DNA of 62,096 nucleotides, the filler included. It is 6 parts of 6 records of this genome, joined end to end, with 100 filler letters (N's around TTAATTAATTAA, not from the genome) between each part and the next. Parts side by side here need not be neighbours in the genome. Positions count along the whole stretch, not along the records: positions 25,376 to 40,583 come from SRR2962707_814; positions 40,684 to 56,159 come from SRR2962707_815; 4 more parts are not named here. One strand, given 5' to 3'. The notes beneath the pieces are model-generated. The model saw nothing but the letters and a program-made list of their open reading frames with translations, did no database searches and was not told the origin of the DNA. Made by a program: the position numbers and the translations under genes. How positions within the stretch are numbered: position 1 is the first letter of the stretch; each line of letters opens with the position of its first letter. Shown here piece after piece: positions 31,155 through 41,157 of this stretch.

Positions 31155-32308
31155 GCATTATCTCTGTCATAAAAAGGTTTACTTTGGCAGTTGCTCAAAT
31201 CAACCTCACTCAATATTTTAACTATTTCTTCAGATGCATTGCCTTCCCCATAAGGATTAACAGCCTGTGTGCATTGGAAAATAAAGTCAGTATCTAGGGC
31301 TTTATCAATCGCATTCATTAATGCAATATAGTTCATACTTGTATCAATAACACTGCAACTTTTAGGCCGACCTTTTTGACGGGTGCCAATATTTATTGTG
31401 GGGATCTTAAAACTAGGAGCTTCAATTAAACCACTTGATGAGTTTCCTAGCACACAAGCTGCTTGTTTCATTACAGCTAAGTAGCGCTTAAAACCGAGCG
31501 AAGGATAGAGGATTACGTTATTTAAGTTCGCCAACTCAAGCCACTGTTTTATCATTAATGCGCCTTCGCCATCTGCATTTGGGTAAGTGACAAGAAAGTT
31601 AATATCGTCTCGTTCTCTAATTACATTTAATAAAGGGTTAATGTCATTTTCTTTTGCATCACCTCTCGTTACCGGATGGTAAGTAACAAGAAAAATAGGA
31701 TCCTCTAAATTTTTAAATGTAGCAACTTCATTTAAATCTATATCATTTGCTTTTGAAGCATGAACAATGTTGTCAATCCCAGGTGCGCCGGTGACAAAAA
31801 TTTGACTGGGTTGCTCTCCTAATTGCATTAGTCGTTTAGCAAAAGAATCTGTTGCAGGGAAGTGAATACTCGCCATCTTACTAATACTATGCCTTAGTGC
31901 TTCATCAAATGCTCCTTCAGTCACTTCCCCACCATGAATATGCGCAATAGGAATACCAAGAAACAAAGCGGCCTGAGCTGCTGCAAATATTTCAAAACGG
32001 TCACCAAGTACCAACAAACAATCTAAATTATGACTGGCAAATGCATCCGCAAAGCTGATGGTGGCTAAGCCTGTGGATTTCGCTACCCCAACTCTTGAGT
32101 TCGATGACAATAACATCTCGATTGGAACGATATTCTTGATACCTGATTCTTCAAGCTCAGTTATTGTAAGTCCATATTCGGGCGATAAGTGCGTTCCGCA
32201 GGCAAAAATAACCGTTTCAATAGCTGGTTGTTGTTGAAGTAATAAAATAGGTCGGCACAACAACCCAAAATCAGCTCTTGTGCCTGTTACGACAGCTATT
32301 CTTCTCAT
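31151..32308 (-). CDS. neuC: Hydrolysing UDP/GDP-sugar 2-epimerase (NeuC/LegG-like)
   Basis: TGTRADFG, LGDRFE, HIHGGE, GNSSSG, GTRQKGR. Confidence 0.93.
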   Translation of the reverse strand: MRRIAVVTGTRADFGLLCRPILLLQQQPAIETVIFACGTHLSPEYGLTITELEESGIKNIVPIEMLLSSNSRVGVAKSTGLATISFADAFASHNLDCLLVLGDRFEIFAAAQAALFLGIPIAHIHGGEVTEGAFDEALRHSISKMASIHFPATDSFAKRLMQLGEQPSQIFVTGAPGIDNIVHASKANDIDLNEVATFKNLEDPIFLVTYHPVTRGDAKENDINPLLNVIRERDDINFLVTYPNADGEGALMIKQWLELANLNNVILYPSLGFKRYLAVMKQAACVLGNSSSGLIEAPSFKIPTINIGTRQKGRPKSCSVIDTSMNYIALMNAIDKALDTDFIFQCTQAVNPYGEGNASEEIVKILSEVDLSNCQSKPFYDRDNA

Positions 32309-33459
32309 TTTAGTCCCTTAACATTAAACACAGAGCTTGGAATATTGACTAAACGATCAGCTAAAAATAGTGAGTTTGTTAATGGGCCTCGTAGTGCGTT
32401 TTTAAACATAGGAAGTGTGTGCATCAATTGCCATATAGGTCTTGTCATTACACCTGCTTGATTTGTCTTGGTCAGCATTTCATCACGGTATGCTTTTGAA
32501 GGACATAAAACGGCGTTAAGCCAGTAATTAGACCGTGCATGTTCAGGCTCGACAATAAACGTCATCTCACTTGCAGCCAACTCAGATTGATATAACGCTG
32601 CGAGCTCTCTTTTATTTTCAATATACGATGTTAATTGCTCGAGTTGAGCACACCCCAAAGCGGCATTAATATTCGGCATACGATAGTTGAAGGCAATTTC
32701 ATCATGATAAAATTCATAAGGATGAGGCTGTTTTGCAGTAGTAGTTATATGCTTTGCGCGATTAGCTGCCCCCTCGTCGTTACATAAAATCATCCCACCT
32801 CCCCCGGTAGTAATCACTTTATTTCCATTAAAGCTCAGTGCTGACATTGTTGCAAAGGTGCCCGTATGTTGGCCTTTATATAGGGAACCTAAACTTTCTG
32901 CGGCGTCTTCAATTAATTCAATATAAAAGCATTCACATACTTTTTTTAATTCAATAATTTTCGCGGGATGACCAAATGTATGCATGACCACAACAGCTCT
33001 TACACGTGCACCATTTTTGTGATAACAAACTTGCTCTCGAATTTCACAATACTCTTCGAGGTAATTTAATAATGCCTGCGGACACAAACCGAGTGTTTCT
33101 CGATTAACATCCACAAACACAGGATCTGCGCCTAAGTAAGCAATAGCATTGCATGTTGCAACAAAAGTAAGGGCTTGGGTTATGACTAAGTCGCCAGTTT
33201 TAACACCGCTTAAATAAAGCGCCGAGTGCAAAGCAGCAGTACCATTAACAGTGGCTATTGCATACTTAGCTTTTGTGTAATCTGCTATTTGTTTTTCAAA
33301 TTCATCAACATAACGACCAACACTTGAGACAAAGGTTGAATCTAATGTATCTAAAACATACTTACGTTCATTGCCTTCAAATGCAGGGGCATGTAAAGGG
33401 ATAAAATCTCTTGTTTTATAATACTCTCGAATGAAGCTAATTAATTGATTGGTAATCAT
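32305..33459 (-). CDS. legC: LegC-family PLP aminotransferase
   Basis: PLHAP, FVSSVG, EDAAESLG, SFNGNKVITTGGGG, NYRMPNINAALG. Confidence 0.9.
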   Translation of the reverse strand: MITNQLISFIREYYKTRDFIPLHAPAFEGNERKYVLDTLDSTFVSSVGRYVDEFEKQIADYTKAKYAIATVNGTAALHSALYLSGVKTGDLVITQALTFVATCNAIAYLGADPVFVDVNRETLGLCPQALLNYLEEYCEIREQVCYHKNGARVRAVVVMHTFGHPAKIIELKKVCECFYIELIEDAAESLGSLYKGQHTGTFATMSALSFNGNKVITTGGGGMILCNDEGAANRAKHITTTAKQPHPYEFYHDEIAFNYRMPNINAALGCAQLEQLTSYIENKRELAALYQSELAASEMTFIVEPEHARSNYWLNAVLCPSKAYRDEMLTKTNQAGVMTRPIWQLMHTLPMFKNALRGPLTNSLFLADRLVNIPSSVFNVKGLK

Positions 33460-33470
33460 GCTGACCTCGA

Positions 33471-34658
33471 TTACATTTTACTTTCAAGGTACTTTCCCGT
33501 TTCTTGATGAGCAAAATCAGGTAGAACAGTAAAAAATAACTTTATAATTTGCTCTTTTTGCCAAGACCCAGACTGGCGCAGTTTATATATTCCCTCCTCA
33601 AATTCTTGTAAGAGTAATTTATTAAAGCTAGCTTCATTTTTGATAATACCCAAACTTTCAAACTTGAGCATATCTAACACTTCATCTTCTGTAAAAAATT
33701 CCTCACTCGGCTTCTCACCCGAAGTGTCACTTAGAGTAAATAAACAAGGCCACTTGCCAGCAGATGGTAATGTTTTTACTAATGCTCTTGCTTCATCTTC
33801 AGAGTTACATAAATACGGTTCATAGTTTTTCTGTTTAAGAAATGATTCAGCAATTTCTGAAAATGTAAGTAAGTGCAATTGATCATTTAATTTAGGGAAA
33901 TAAATATCTCTATTATCACCAAAGATACAAGAAAATATACATAGTAACCCTGACTCTTGTGGGGTGACAAAGTATCGCTTAACATCTGATGGGGCTACGA
34001 TAGGCTGATGTTTATCCAAACGTTGTTTAAATGAATACAAAAGAGAACCGTCACTGAATGCGACATTTGCGAATCGTGCCATCGACACCGGAATCTGATT
34101 ACTTGCCCTCATTAAGAACATTTCCATAATGCGTTTAGATGCACCCATCATGTTAACTGGATTAGCGGCTTTATCAGTAGATACACAAAAGTATTTTTTT
34201 ACGTCGTTGTTAATACACTGCTGCAACGTTTTTTCTGTGTTTAAGATATTGGTAGTAACCATTCTCATTAGTGTGAATTGATCTTTTTCATTTCTGACAT
34301 GCTTCAACGCAGATAAATTCAAAACGTAATCATATTTTCCATCTGATGCAAAAAAAGCATCGTATTCTAAACTACCAATATCGAGTGTATATGTTTGAAA
34401 ATCACCATTCATATAACCCAGCGTTGAACGAATATCACGGACCAGTTCCACTAAGTTATTTTCGCTGATATCAATTACATGAAGTTTTTTGGGTTGCCTT
34501 TTAAATAACTCTTTTACCACAGCCTGCCCGATTGTGCCTGCTCCACCCAACACTAAAAAAGATGCATTTTCTATACTGTTGCATAAGAGTGGTTCTAAAC
34601 GAGTTAAATCATTGCTAAAGAGGCTTTCATCCCTATTAACTAATTTCAGTATATCCAT
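33471..34658 (-). CDS. NDP-N-acetylglucosamine 4,6-dehydratase (LegB-like)
   Basis: GGAGTIG, LSALKHVR, VSTDKAANPVNMMGASKR, ARFANV. Confidence 0.88.
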   Translation of the reverse strand: MDILKLVNRDESLFSNDLTRLEPLLCNSIENASFLVLGGAGTIGQAVVKELFKRQPKKLHVIDISENNLVELVRDIRSTLGYMNGDFQTYTLDIGSLEYDAFFASDGKYDYVLNLSALKHVRNEKDQFTLMRMVTTNILNTEKTLQQCINNDVKKYFCVSTDKAANPVNMMGASKRIMEMFLMRASNQIPVSMARFANVAFSDGSLLYSFKQRLDKHQPIVAPSDVKRYFVTPQESGLLCIFSCIFGDNRDIYFPKLNDQLHLLTFSEIAESFLKQKNYEPYLCNSEDEARALVKTLPSAGKWPCLFTLSDTSGEKPSEEFFTEDEVLDMLKFESLGIIKNEASFNKLLLQEFEEGIYKLRQSGSWQKEQIIKLFFTVLPDFAHQETGKYLESKM

Positions 34659-34671
34659 GCGCTATCAGCCT

Positions 34672-36759
34672 TTAATCTTGATACTCTGGCTTTGACCAAT
34701 TGCACTTGGTTTTCCAGTTAATCGGGAAGTCTTTTTTAATTTCTTTCAGGAACTTAAGCCATAAATCAAAAACATTTTTAAACTGCTCTAACGTTTCTTG
34801 TTCATCTTCGAAAAAGTATAATAATGTCAAAAGCGGACAGTGGAAGTAAAGCAAGGTTCCTTTAATAACATGAAATAAGTGTGGGTGCGCGGATTTTCTG
34901 TACGCATAGACCAACCTTTGCTGTGCTTTTAAAAGCTCATGAGCCTCCTCACGTGATGAGAACTCTCTTTTGCCAATATCAATCAAATAATCACATAAAG
35001 AATTAAATTCGTCTAAACCAACGAGCTCTTCAATGTCATTAAGTTCAATATTCTTAAAATGTTGACCCTTAATTAAATCAACAACTTCTTCTTTATTGAG
35101 GTTATTACTTTGAACAAATACATCTTCACTTTGCAGAGGAATAGCTCCACGAATTTTTGCACCAGCGCCAATATTGTATACGTCACACATAGTTGCACTA
35201 TTTACTAAACGATCAAAAGTTGTTTTAGACAGTGCTAATAATGGGGCAGCTAAAACATCATCACCGAAATTCCCTTCTAACTTTATTGAAGCACCAGCAA
35301 GTGGTTTAAATGCTGATTTTAGTTGGGTGTCATTATAAATACTTAATTTTGAATGCGTTTCACCACTTAGAGGGTAACCATTATCTACGCCAAATAAATA
35401 AATTTGCTTAAAGCCCATGGTTATCGCATAAGACAATGCAGTATTCGATACTAAAGGACCACACGCTGGTAACGCTGTTATACCACGGCCATAATATCTC
35501 ATAGAAGCCATAGATAGAAATGCAGAGCCAGCCTCTGGACCTTTTAAACCAAGACCCGCCCATTTGTATAACCCTATTACATCGGGATACATAACATCTA
35601 CAGCAAGTAAATTAACGTCTTTATACCCGGACTCTGGTGCTATTTTCTTTTGAATATCATAGGTTATCTTAGGTCTTTCAACTAACACATGAAAATCAGC
35701 TTTGATACCTGCTTTAATTAAACTTTGGAAAGCTGTACCACCAGCTATAATTATTACATCATCTTGGTATTGCCTGATCACTTCAATAGCCTCATCTAAT
35801 GATGGGCCATTGCCGACAACAAACACGGTAGTATCTTTAAGAGATTGCTGTGCTTTTTGATTTGCATATAAAAAAGCAGCGCCTTGTTCAACATTACGGA
35901 TAGAATGGGCAAGACCTGTAATAGCATCATTGTAAAAACCAAAACCTTGATGTAACTGATAATAATTGTCAAAAAAGGCTTTTATAAGATTATTGATTTC
36001 ATCAGAAGGATAATGTTGATAACAAAAACTGTTTATGACTGAAAAGGCACCGATATCTTCAGATATTTTAAAGATTTCATTAAAGAAATCTTCGTAACTA
36101 ATACCTAAATGTAAGAAAAGACAACCACCATCCTTATCTACTTTCTCAATTATGCTAAACCAATCAATGCAAAAAAGACTTGCATAAAACATTTCTAAAT
36201 CGGGTTCACAAATAAATAAGTAGTCAAAGGAATGTCGCTTTAATAACTCTGGTATATGGTAGCCAAGACCAATACCAAAGATAAGGCAGCTTGGAAACAT
36301 ATCAGGAAGTGAATCTAGTCGCTTGCTCTTCATATCTTTTACTTTACTTAGCTGCTCTGTAAGCTTAAGCATGTATTGGACATGGATTCTTTCATCATCA
36401 CTTTCCCAGTGACTATTTGAAAAATAATTTGTACGGCTAAAATTAGCTTTTTTTGTGTAGTTATCAACCTGCTCTTTGGCTTGTTTTAATGGATCATCAT
36501 CATAAAGCGGCACACTTTCTCCTTCTGGAAAAAAGTTTCCATGGCCACTTTTTGTTACATGGATACAAAAATCTTCTCGGCAGTGAAAGCTACTGATGTG
36601 CTCTGCAATACTTGGGTAGTACTTCTGAAAAGCTAAAAAGTTTTTTTCAAAACGAATGTTAGCTTCATTTTCAAAAATACCTTCTCGCTTTTGGTGTTCA
36701 ATTGAGCTCCCAAGCTGTTCTTCAAGATGTTTTAATTGTTGTTCGATACTCTCGTTCAT
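34672..36759 (-). CDS. maf: Motility-associated factor (Maf) flagellin glycosyltransferase
   Basis: FGIGLGYH, VGNGPSLD, IYLFGVD; lies between fliS and the nonulosonate genes. Confidence 0.85.
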   Translation of the reverse strand: MNESIEQQLKHLEEQLGSSIEHQKREGIFENEANIRFEKNFLAFQKYYPSIAEHISSFHCREDFCIHVTKSGHGNFFPEGESVPLYDDDPLKQAKEQVDNYTKKANFSRTNYFSNSHWESDDERIHVQYMLKLTEQLSKVKDMKSKRLDSLPDMFPSCLIFGIGLGYHIPELLKRHSFDYLFICEPDLEMFYASLFCIDWFSIIEKVDKDGGCLFLHLGISYEDFFNEIFKISEDIGAFSVINSFCYQHYPSDEINNLIKAFFDNYYQLHQGFGFYNDAITGLAHSIRNVEQGAAFLYANQKAQQSLKDTTVFVVGNGPSLDEAIEVIRQYQDDVIIIAGGTAFQSLIKAGIKADFHVLVERPKITYDIQKKIAPESGYKDVNLLAVDVMYPDVIGLYKWAGLGLKGPEAGSAFLSMASMRYYGRGITALPACGPLVSNTALSYAITMGFKQIYLFGVDNGYPLSGETHSKLSIYNDTQLKSAFKPLAGASIKLEGNFGDDVLAAPLLALSKTTFDRLVNSATMCDVYNIGAGAKIRGAIPLQSEDVFVQSNNLNKEEVVDLIKGQHFKNIELNDIEELVGLDEFNSLCDYLIDIGKREFSSREEAHELLKAQQRLVYAYRKSAHPHLFHVIKGTLLYFHCPLLTLLYFFEDEQETLEQFKNVFDLWLKFLKEIKKDFPINWKTKCNWSKPEYQD

Positions 36760-36771
36760 AAGATGGCATAC

Positions 36772-37077
36772 CTATTTTATGCTATTGTAAACACCCAATC
36801 CTTTTTTATTGCTCAAAAAAGTCGTTAGGTTCTTCTTCGCATCGGATTTCTGTTCTGTAATTAAAGCTACTAGCTCATGCAATGAAGAGAGAAGTTTATT
36901 CATAAAATCAACTTCATTAGGTTCGAAAGAGTACTCAATTGAAAAAAGCTCTACAAGTAATTTATCTACAATAACAAGCTCTTCGGTGGCATCTTGGGTG
37001 TTATTTTCTTTTACATACAATGCTATGTTATTCAAATGAAGGTCTAATTCTTCAAGTTGCTTACCCGACATTTGCAT
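36772..37077 (-). CDS. Small helical protein at the FliT position
   Basis: 101 aa, overlaps the fliS stop, C-terminal KKGLGVYNSI. Confidence 0.6.
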   Translation of the reverse strand: MQMSGKQLEELDLHLNNIALYVKENNTQDATEELVIVDKLLVELFSIEYSFEPNEVDFMNKLLSSLHELVALITEQKSDAKKNLTTFLSNKKGLGVYNSIK

Positions 37078-37489
37078 CTATGCCATTTTCGCTCAAGGTT
37101 TTTTCACGAATGTCATGCGGTATCGCATCCCACCCTGACTTGATCTCTTTTAGCAGTGCCGATACTTCATCAATAATTGATGGATCATTTTTAAGTGTTG
37201 CATCGACAAGGCGATCAATCATGTACGAGTATAATGCATATAAATTTTCTGTCACTTCACCACCCGCATCAAAATCTAAACACCCTCTCAATGCATCTAA
37301 AATAGCAGAAGCTTTTGACAAATGTTCACTCTTTGCTTCAAGATGCTTTTTCTCAATCGCAACCTTCGCAAATACCATTTTCTCAATCGCACCAGCCATC
37401 AACATTTGAATGATTTCATAACGATCAGCACCGGCAATACGACTTTTAAGCGCTTCTTTCTGATAATTTTTTACTTTGGCATTATACAT
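37061..37489 (-). CDS. fliS: Flagellin chaperone FliS
   Basis: IQMLMAGA, LDFDAGGEVTENLYALYSYM, IKSGWDAI. Confidence 0.95.
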   Translation of the reverse strand: MYNAKVKNYQKEALKSRIAGADRYEIIQMLMAGAIEKMVFAKVAIEKKHLEAKSEHLSKASAILDALRGCLDFDAGGEVTENLYALYSYMIDRLVDATLKNDPSIIDEVSALLKEIKSGWDAIPHDIREKTLSENGIDANVG

Positions 37490-37530
37490 AACTCACCCAA
37501 TTATATTTTTACAGCTTAATTTAATAACTA

Positions 37531-38931
37531 CTATTTTGATTTAACAAAACCAGGTAGACTTGATAACTGAGCACTCAAGTAACTTTGCGTGGATTGCATT
37601 TGAGCCAGCAATACATCTAACCCTGAATACTGTTTACGCAAACGACCTTCTAACTCCGACATTCTATATTCATGGTTAAGAACATCATCTTCCAATTCAT
37701 CTATCTGAGAATTTAGGCTCGTCTCTCGTTGCTTTAATATTCCATCATTTTCAACATAGTTATTCAATAAAGACTCTAGTTTTCCAGCAACACCGTTTTC
37801 ACCAGCAAAAATCTTGCCAATATCATCAAAGTTCTCATCCATAGCCTCATTCAAGCTACGGACTAATGATGACTTCTCTAAGTATCCATCTTTATTAACA
37901 CCAAGCCCTAAATCAAAAACAGTTTCAAATGGTCCAGCCCCTTCAACATTCAACCCCAAAGTGTTAACTAATTGTGAACTCAGTGAGCGTAATGTTGAAT
38001 CGCCATTTAGCGGTTTGCCAATTCGCGATTGTAAACCGATTTGACCTATTGCATTATTATAATTAGCTATCAACTCATCAATTAATACGGTTGCACTGTC
38101 ACGGTCATATTCTACAGCGAGCTTCGCAGTTTCACCGTCAATACTTTGCCGCTTGGCAACAATCGTCATATCTTGCACAGCATCTTTAAAAGTATTACTA
38201 CTATTTGTAATAGTTATCCCATCTACTTTAATTGCTGCGTCTGTAGCCTCATTACCTGAAGCAATCACAATCCCTGCACTGCCACCGCCACTAGCGACTG
38301 TCGATACATTATCCAGTTCGGCATTATCATTAGTAATCACTAAATCATTGCCTGCCCCGGTCTCATTCGAGGTAAGCACAAGTTTAGCTTCAGTGCCTGT
38401 ATTTATAATATTAGCTGTGACACCAAAATTAGTCTCTGCGTCGTTGATAGCATCACGAAGATCGGCAAGGGTTGCTCCTGCATCTAATGTAAGATCGAAA
38501 CTTTTGCTACCCGCCGCAAAGGTCATTGTTCCACCAGAAGCTGTTACAACATCGTCAGTTGAGGCAAACAATCCATTATTTGAAGTTGCGCGGCTACCTT
38601 GTGCAACAGCGAGAACTTCTATTTTGAAATTACCTGGCGTGATGTTTGATGTAGGTGTAACTGAGATCAAGTCACCATCATCACTCGTAGGCTGTTTAAT
38701 AACGGCTTTACGTTTATTGAAATTTTCAGGATCAGCAAGTTTTTCAATGGTATCTTGCAGTTTAGAAAGGGCAGATTTGACCTCTCCAATTGCGGATAGC
38801 TCAACTTGAAGTGCTTTATCTTTTGTCGCAAAAGCATTCATTTTAGGAACATTTTCAGCATCAACTGATGCTTGAATAATACTTTCGAGATCCAGCCCAG
38901 ATCCAATACCTGCGGATGTTATAAGTGGCAT
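37531..38931 (-). CDS. fliD: Flagellar filament cap protein
   Basis: GIGSGLDLESII N-terminus; LRKQYSGLD...QSYL C-terminus. Confidence 0.95.
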   Translation of the reverse strand: MPLITSAGIGSGLDLESIIQASVDAENVPKMNAFATKDKALQVELSAIGEVKSALSKLQDTIEKLADPENFNKRKAVIKQPTSDDGDLISVTPTSNITPGNFKIEVLAVAQGSRATSNNGLFASTDDVVTASGGTMTFAAGSKSFDLTLDAGATLADLRDAINDAETNFGVTANIINTGTEAKLVLTSNETGAGNDLVITNDNAELDNVSTVASGGGSAGIVIASGNEATDAAIKVDGITITNSSNTFKDAVQDMTIVAKRQSIDGETAKLAVEYDRDSATVLIDELIANYNNAIGQIGLQSRIGKPLNGDSTLRSLSSQLVNTLGLNVEGAGPFETVFDLGLGVNKDGYLEKSSLVRSLNEAMDENFDDIGKIFAGENGVAGKLESLLNNYVENDGILKQRETSLNSQIDELEDDVLNHEYRMSELEGRLRKQYSGLDVLLAQMQSTQSYLSAQLSSLPGFVKSK

Positions 38932-38962
38932 ACCTCTCTCCTGCTATCTGATCCAAAAAATA

Positions 38963-39397
38963 TTATGCAGTTTGATTTAATATCAAACCCTTGTTAGCTA
39001 GTTTATCGGCAAATTCCTCTAAAGCTTTAGCCACTTCACGAAATTCTTCACTAGGGATCTCGCGTATAACCTTTTCACTTTCTTTATCATACACTTTGAT
39101 AATTGGCGGATCTCCTTGCTCATCAAATTCAAATTTCAAATTTGTTGATGTAACAGGAATATACTTATTTAATCTCTCTAAATTTTCTTTTACTTCATCA
39201 ATGAGCGCTTTTCTTTCACTTTCAGAATCAAGCTGTTGACTGCCATTAACAAGCACTGGCTCTCTACCAGCAATTTTAATGCCATCCTCTTCAACAGTTG
39301 CTTTTTTACTTGCCTCATTCAACTCATTTTTATTTGGCAAAGATGAATTAGTTGGGTAATTTTCACTAGATTTAATTATTGCCCCTAAGTCAACCAT
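38963..39397 (-). CDS. flaG: FlaG protein
   Basis: LKFEFDE, IKVYDKESEKVIREIPSEE; AGGAGAG RBS precedes the ATG at 39397. Confidence 0.9.
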   Translation of the reverse strand: MVDLGAIIKSSENYPTNSSLPNKNELNEASKKATVEEDGIKIAGREPVLVNGSQQLDSESERKALIDEVKENLERLNKYIPVTSTNLKFEFDEQGDPPIIKVYDKESEKVIREIPSEEFREVAKALEEFADKLANKGLILNQTA

Positions 39398-39411
39398 AAT
39401 AACTCTCCTGC

Positions 39412-39467
39412 AAAATACAAACAAAGTATAAGTCATTATTGAGATAATATCCCAATAATGACTTATA
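39412..39467 (-). terminator. Long hairpin, probable terminator/attenuator after flagellin
   Basis: 15-bp perfect arms TATAAGTCATTATTG/CAATAATGACTTATA, extended by a G-U pair on the minus strand and followed by a U-rich tract. Confidence 0.7.
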
Positions 39468-39474
39468 AGCCGAA

Positions 39475-40473
39475 CTAGCCTAGTAATGACAAAGCAACTT
39501 GAGGTCGTTGATTTGCTTGACTCAAGATTGAGCTGCTAGCTTGTTGTAAGATCTGCATTTTAGTTAAATTAGCAGTTTCGGTTGCAAAATCAGTGTCCTG
39601 AATACGTGAACGTGCCGCTGATAAGTTTTCAGATACATTTGATTGATTTCGAATGGTAGATTGGAAACGGTTTTGCACCGCACCTAGCTCCGCACGCTTT
39701 TTATCAACCACTGCGATCAATGCATCCATACCAGCCAGTACCTGTTGCGCACCAGCTTGAGTTGACACTGATATGCCCGTCTCAGTAAAGATGGTCGCAA
39801 ATGTGCCAGAAGCATCATACGCGCTATCTACAGCAGAAATTGCTGATTGCTGAGCAGTTGCAATGAAACCGACAGACGCAGCGCCGTGTAATGCTTTACC
39901 TGTAACAGTTGATGCAGCCCCCGCAATCCCAGATAAAGTAAAACCACCATTTGCAGTTAGAGAATTACCTGCAGCAGTTCCACCTACGTTTTCCATGCTA
40001 AACCCAATTGTCTGCGCCGCATCAGCACCAACCTGGAAACTAGCCTTATAGCTACCATCTAATAAGTTTTGCCCACCAAAAGTCGTATCTTGTGCTACAC
40101 GGTTGACTTCTGACATTAACGAGCGAATTTCTTCTTGAACTGCAAGACGATCTTCATCTGTATTGGAGCCATTTGCAGCTTGTTGTGATAGCGTTCTTAC
40201 ACGCTGGAACATTGATGTTACTTCATCGAGTGCACCTTCAGCAGTCTGCGCAAGAGAAATACCGTCATTAGCATTTCGTACACCTTGGTTTAAACCATTA
40301 ATTTGACCAGTTAGACGATTAGATATTTGCATACCTGCAGCATCATCTTTCGCACTATTAATTCGAAAACCTGAAGATAAACGCTTAAAAGAAGTATCAA
40401 GTTCATTTCCAGAATTCATTAACTGGCGTTGTGCGTTCAACGAACTCACATTGGTATTTACATATAAAGCCAT
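39475..40473 (-). CDS. fliC: Flagellin
   Basis: MALYVNTN, LSSGFRINSAKDDAAG, RAELGAVQNRF, SRIQDTDFA, ALSLLG. Confidence 0.97.
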   Translation of the reverse strand: MALYVNTNVSSLNAQRQLMNSGNELDTSFKRLSSGFRINSAKDDAAGMQISNRLTGQINGLNQGVRNANDGISLAQTAEGALDEVTSMFQRVRTLSQQAANGSNTDEDRLAVQEEIRSLMSEVNRVAQDTTFGGQNLLDGSYKASFQVGADAAQTIGFSMENVGGTAAGNSLTANGGFTLSGIAGAASTVTGKALHGAASVGFIATAQQSAISAVDSAYDASGTFATIFTETGISVSTQAGAQQVLAGMDALIAVVDKKRAELGAVQNRFQSTIRNQSNVSENLSAARSRIQDTDFATETANLTKMQILQQASSSILSQANQRPQVALSLLG

Positions 40474-40574
40474 AATAGCCTCCGCTTTATCATTTTAAGA
40501 GTAATACAACGGGATACCCCTACCCTGTTATACTACCTGACTTAGAGTCCTACATTTTTAGTTCTCTAAATCAG

Positions 40575-40582
40575 TTATCGTC
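40575..40582 (-). promoter_or_regulatory. Sigma-28 -10 box of the flagellin promoter
   Basis: GACGATAA versus consensus GCCGATAA; the -35 element is lost in the spacer. Confidence 0.6.
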
Positions 40583-40583
40583 T

Positions 40584-40683
40584 NNNNNNNNNNNNNNNNN
40601 NNNNNNNNNNNNNNNNNNNNNNNNNNNTTAATTAATTAANNNNNNNNNNNNNNNNNNNNNNNNNNNNNNNNNNNNNNNNNNNN
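40584..40683. other. Artificial contig spacer
   Basis: N44-TTAATTAATTAA-N44. Confidence 0.99.
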
Positions 40684-41114
40684 AAATTTTTGCTAACTTG
40701 TGCAACAGGCACATCGCCTATATGAAGTGATTGGTCTAAAATAATAAGAATCCCAGAAATTATATCCTGAAATAAATACTGAAGGGCAAACCCTAAACCT
40801 ACAAATAAAGCTGCAGAGGCCGTTAATAAAACAGTTAAATCAATACCAGAAGTACTCATTACTGCTATAATAACTAAAATGTAAACTATATAATTAGCAA
40901 ACTTAAAAACACTTACAAACTTTCGTTTATCTTCCAAAGGAAGTTTTGCGGTAACAAACCTTCTAATAAGTTTTAGAATATAATATGCTAAAACACAGCT
41001 AAAAATAATAACTAATAATGTCCCTATGGTTATAAAAGCTTTCTCTCCTTTGTATAAGGGATAAGTAAAAAAAGACTTTAAACCATTTATTAAATTTTCA
41101 ATAAATTCTCTCAT
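40684..41114 (-). CDS. MscS-family mechanosensitive channel (3'-truncated or interrupted)
   Basis: SAALFVGLGFALQYLFQDIISG...LHIGD. Confidence 0.88.
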
Positions 41115-41157
41115 TTGCAATTTGTTTTAAATAATAAATTGCAATATAGAATATTAT

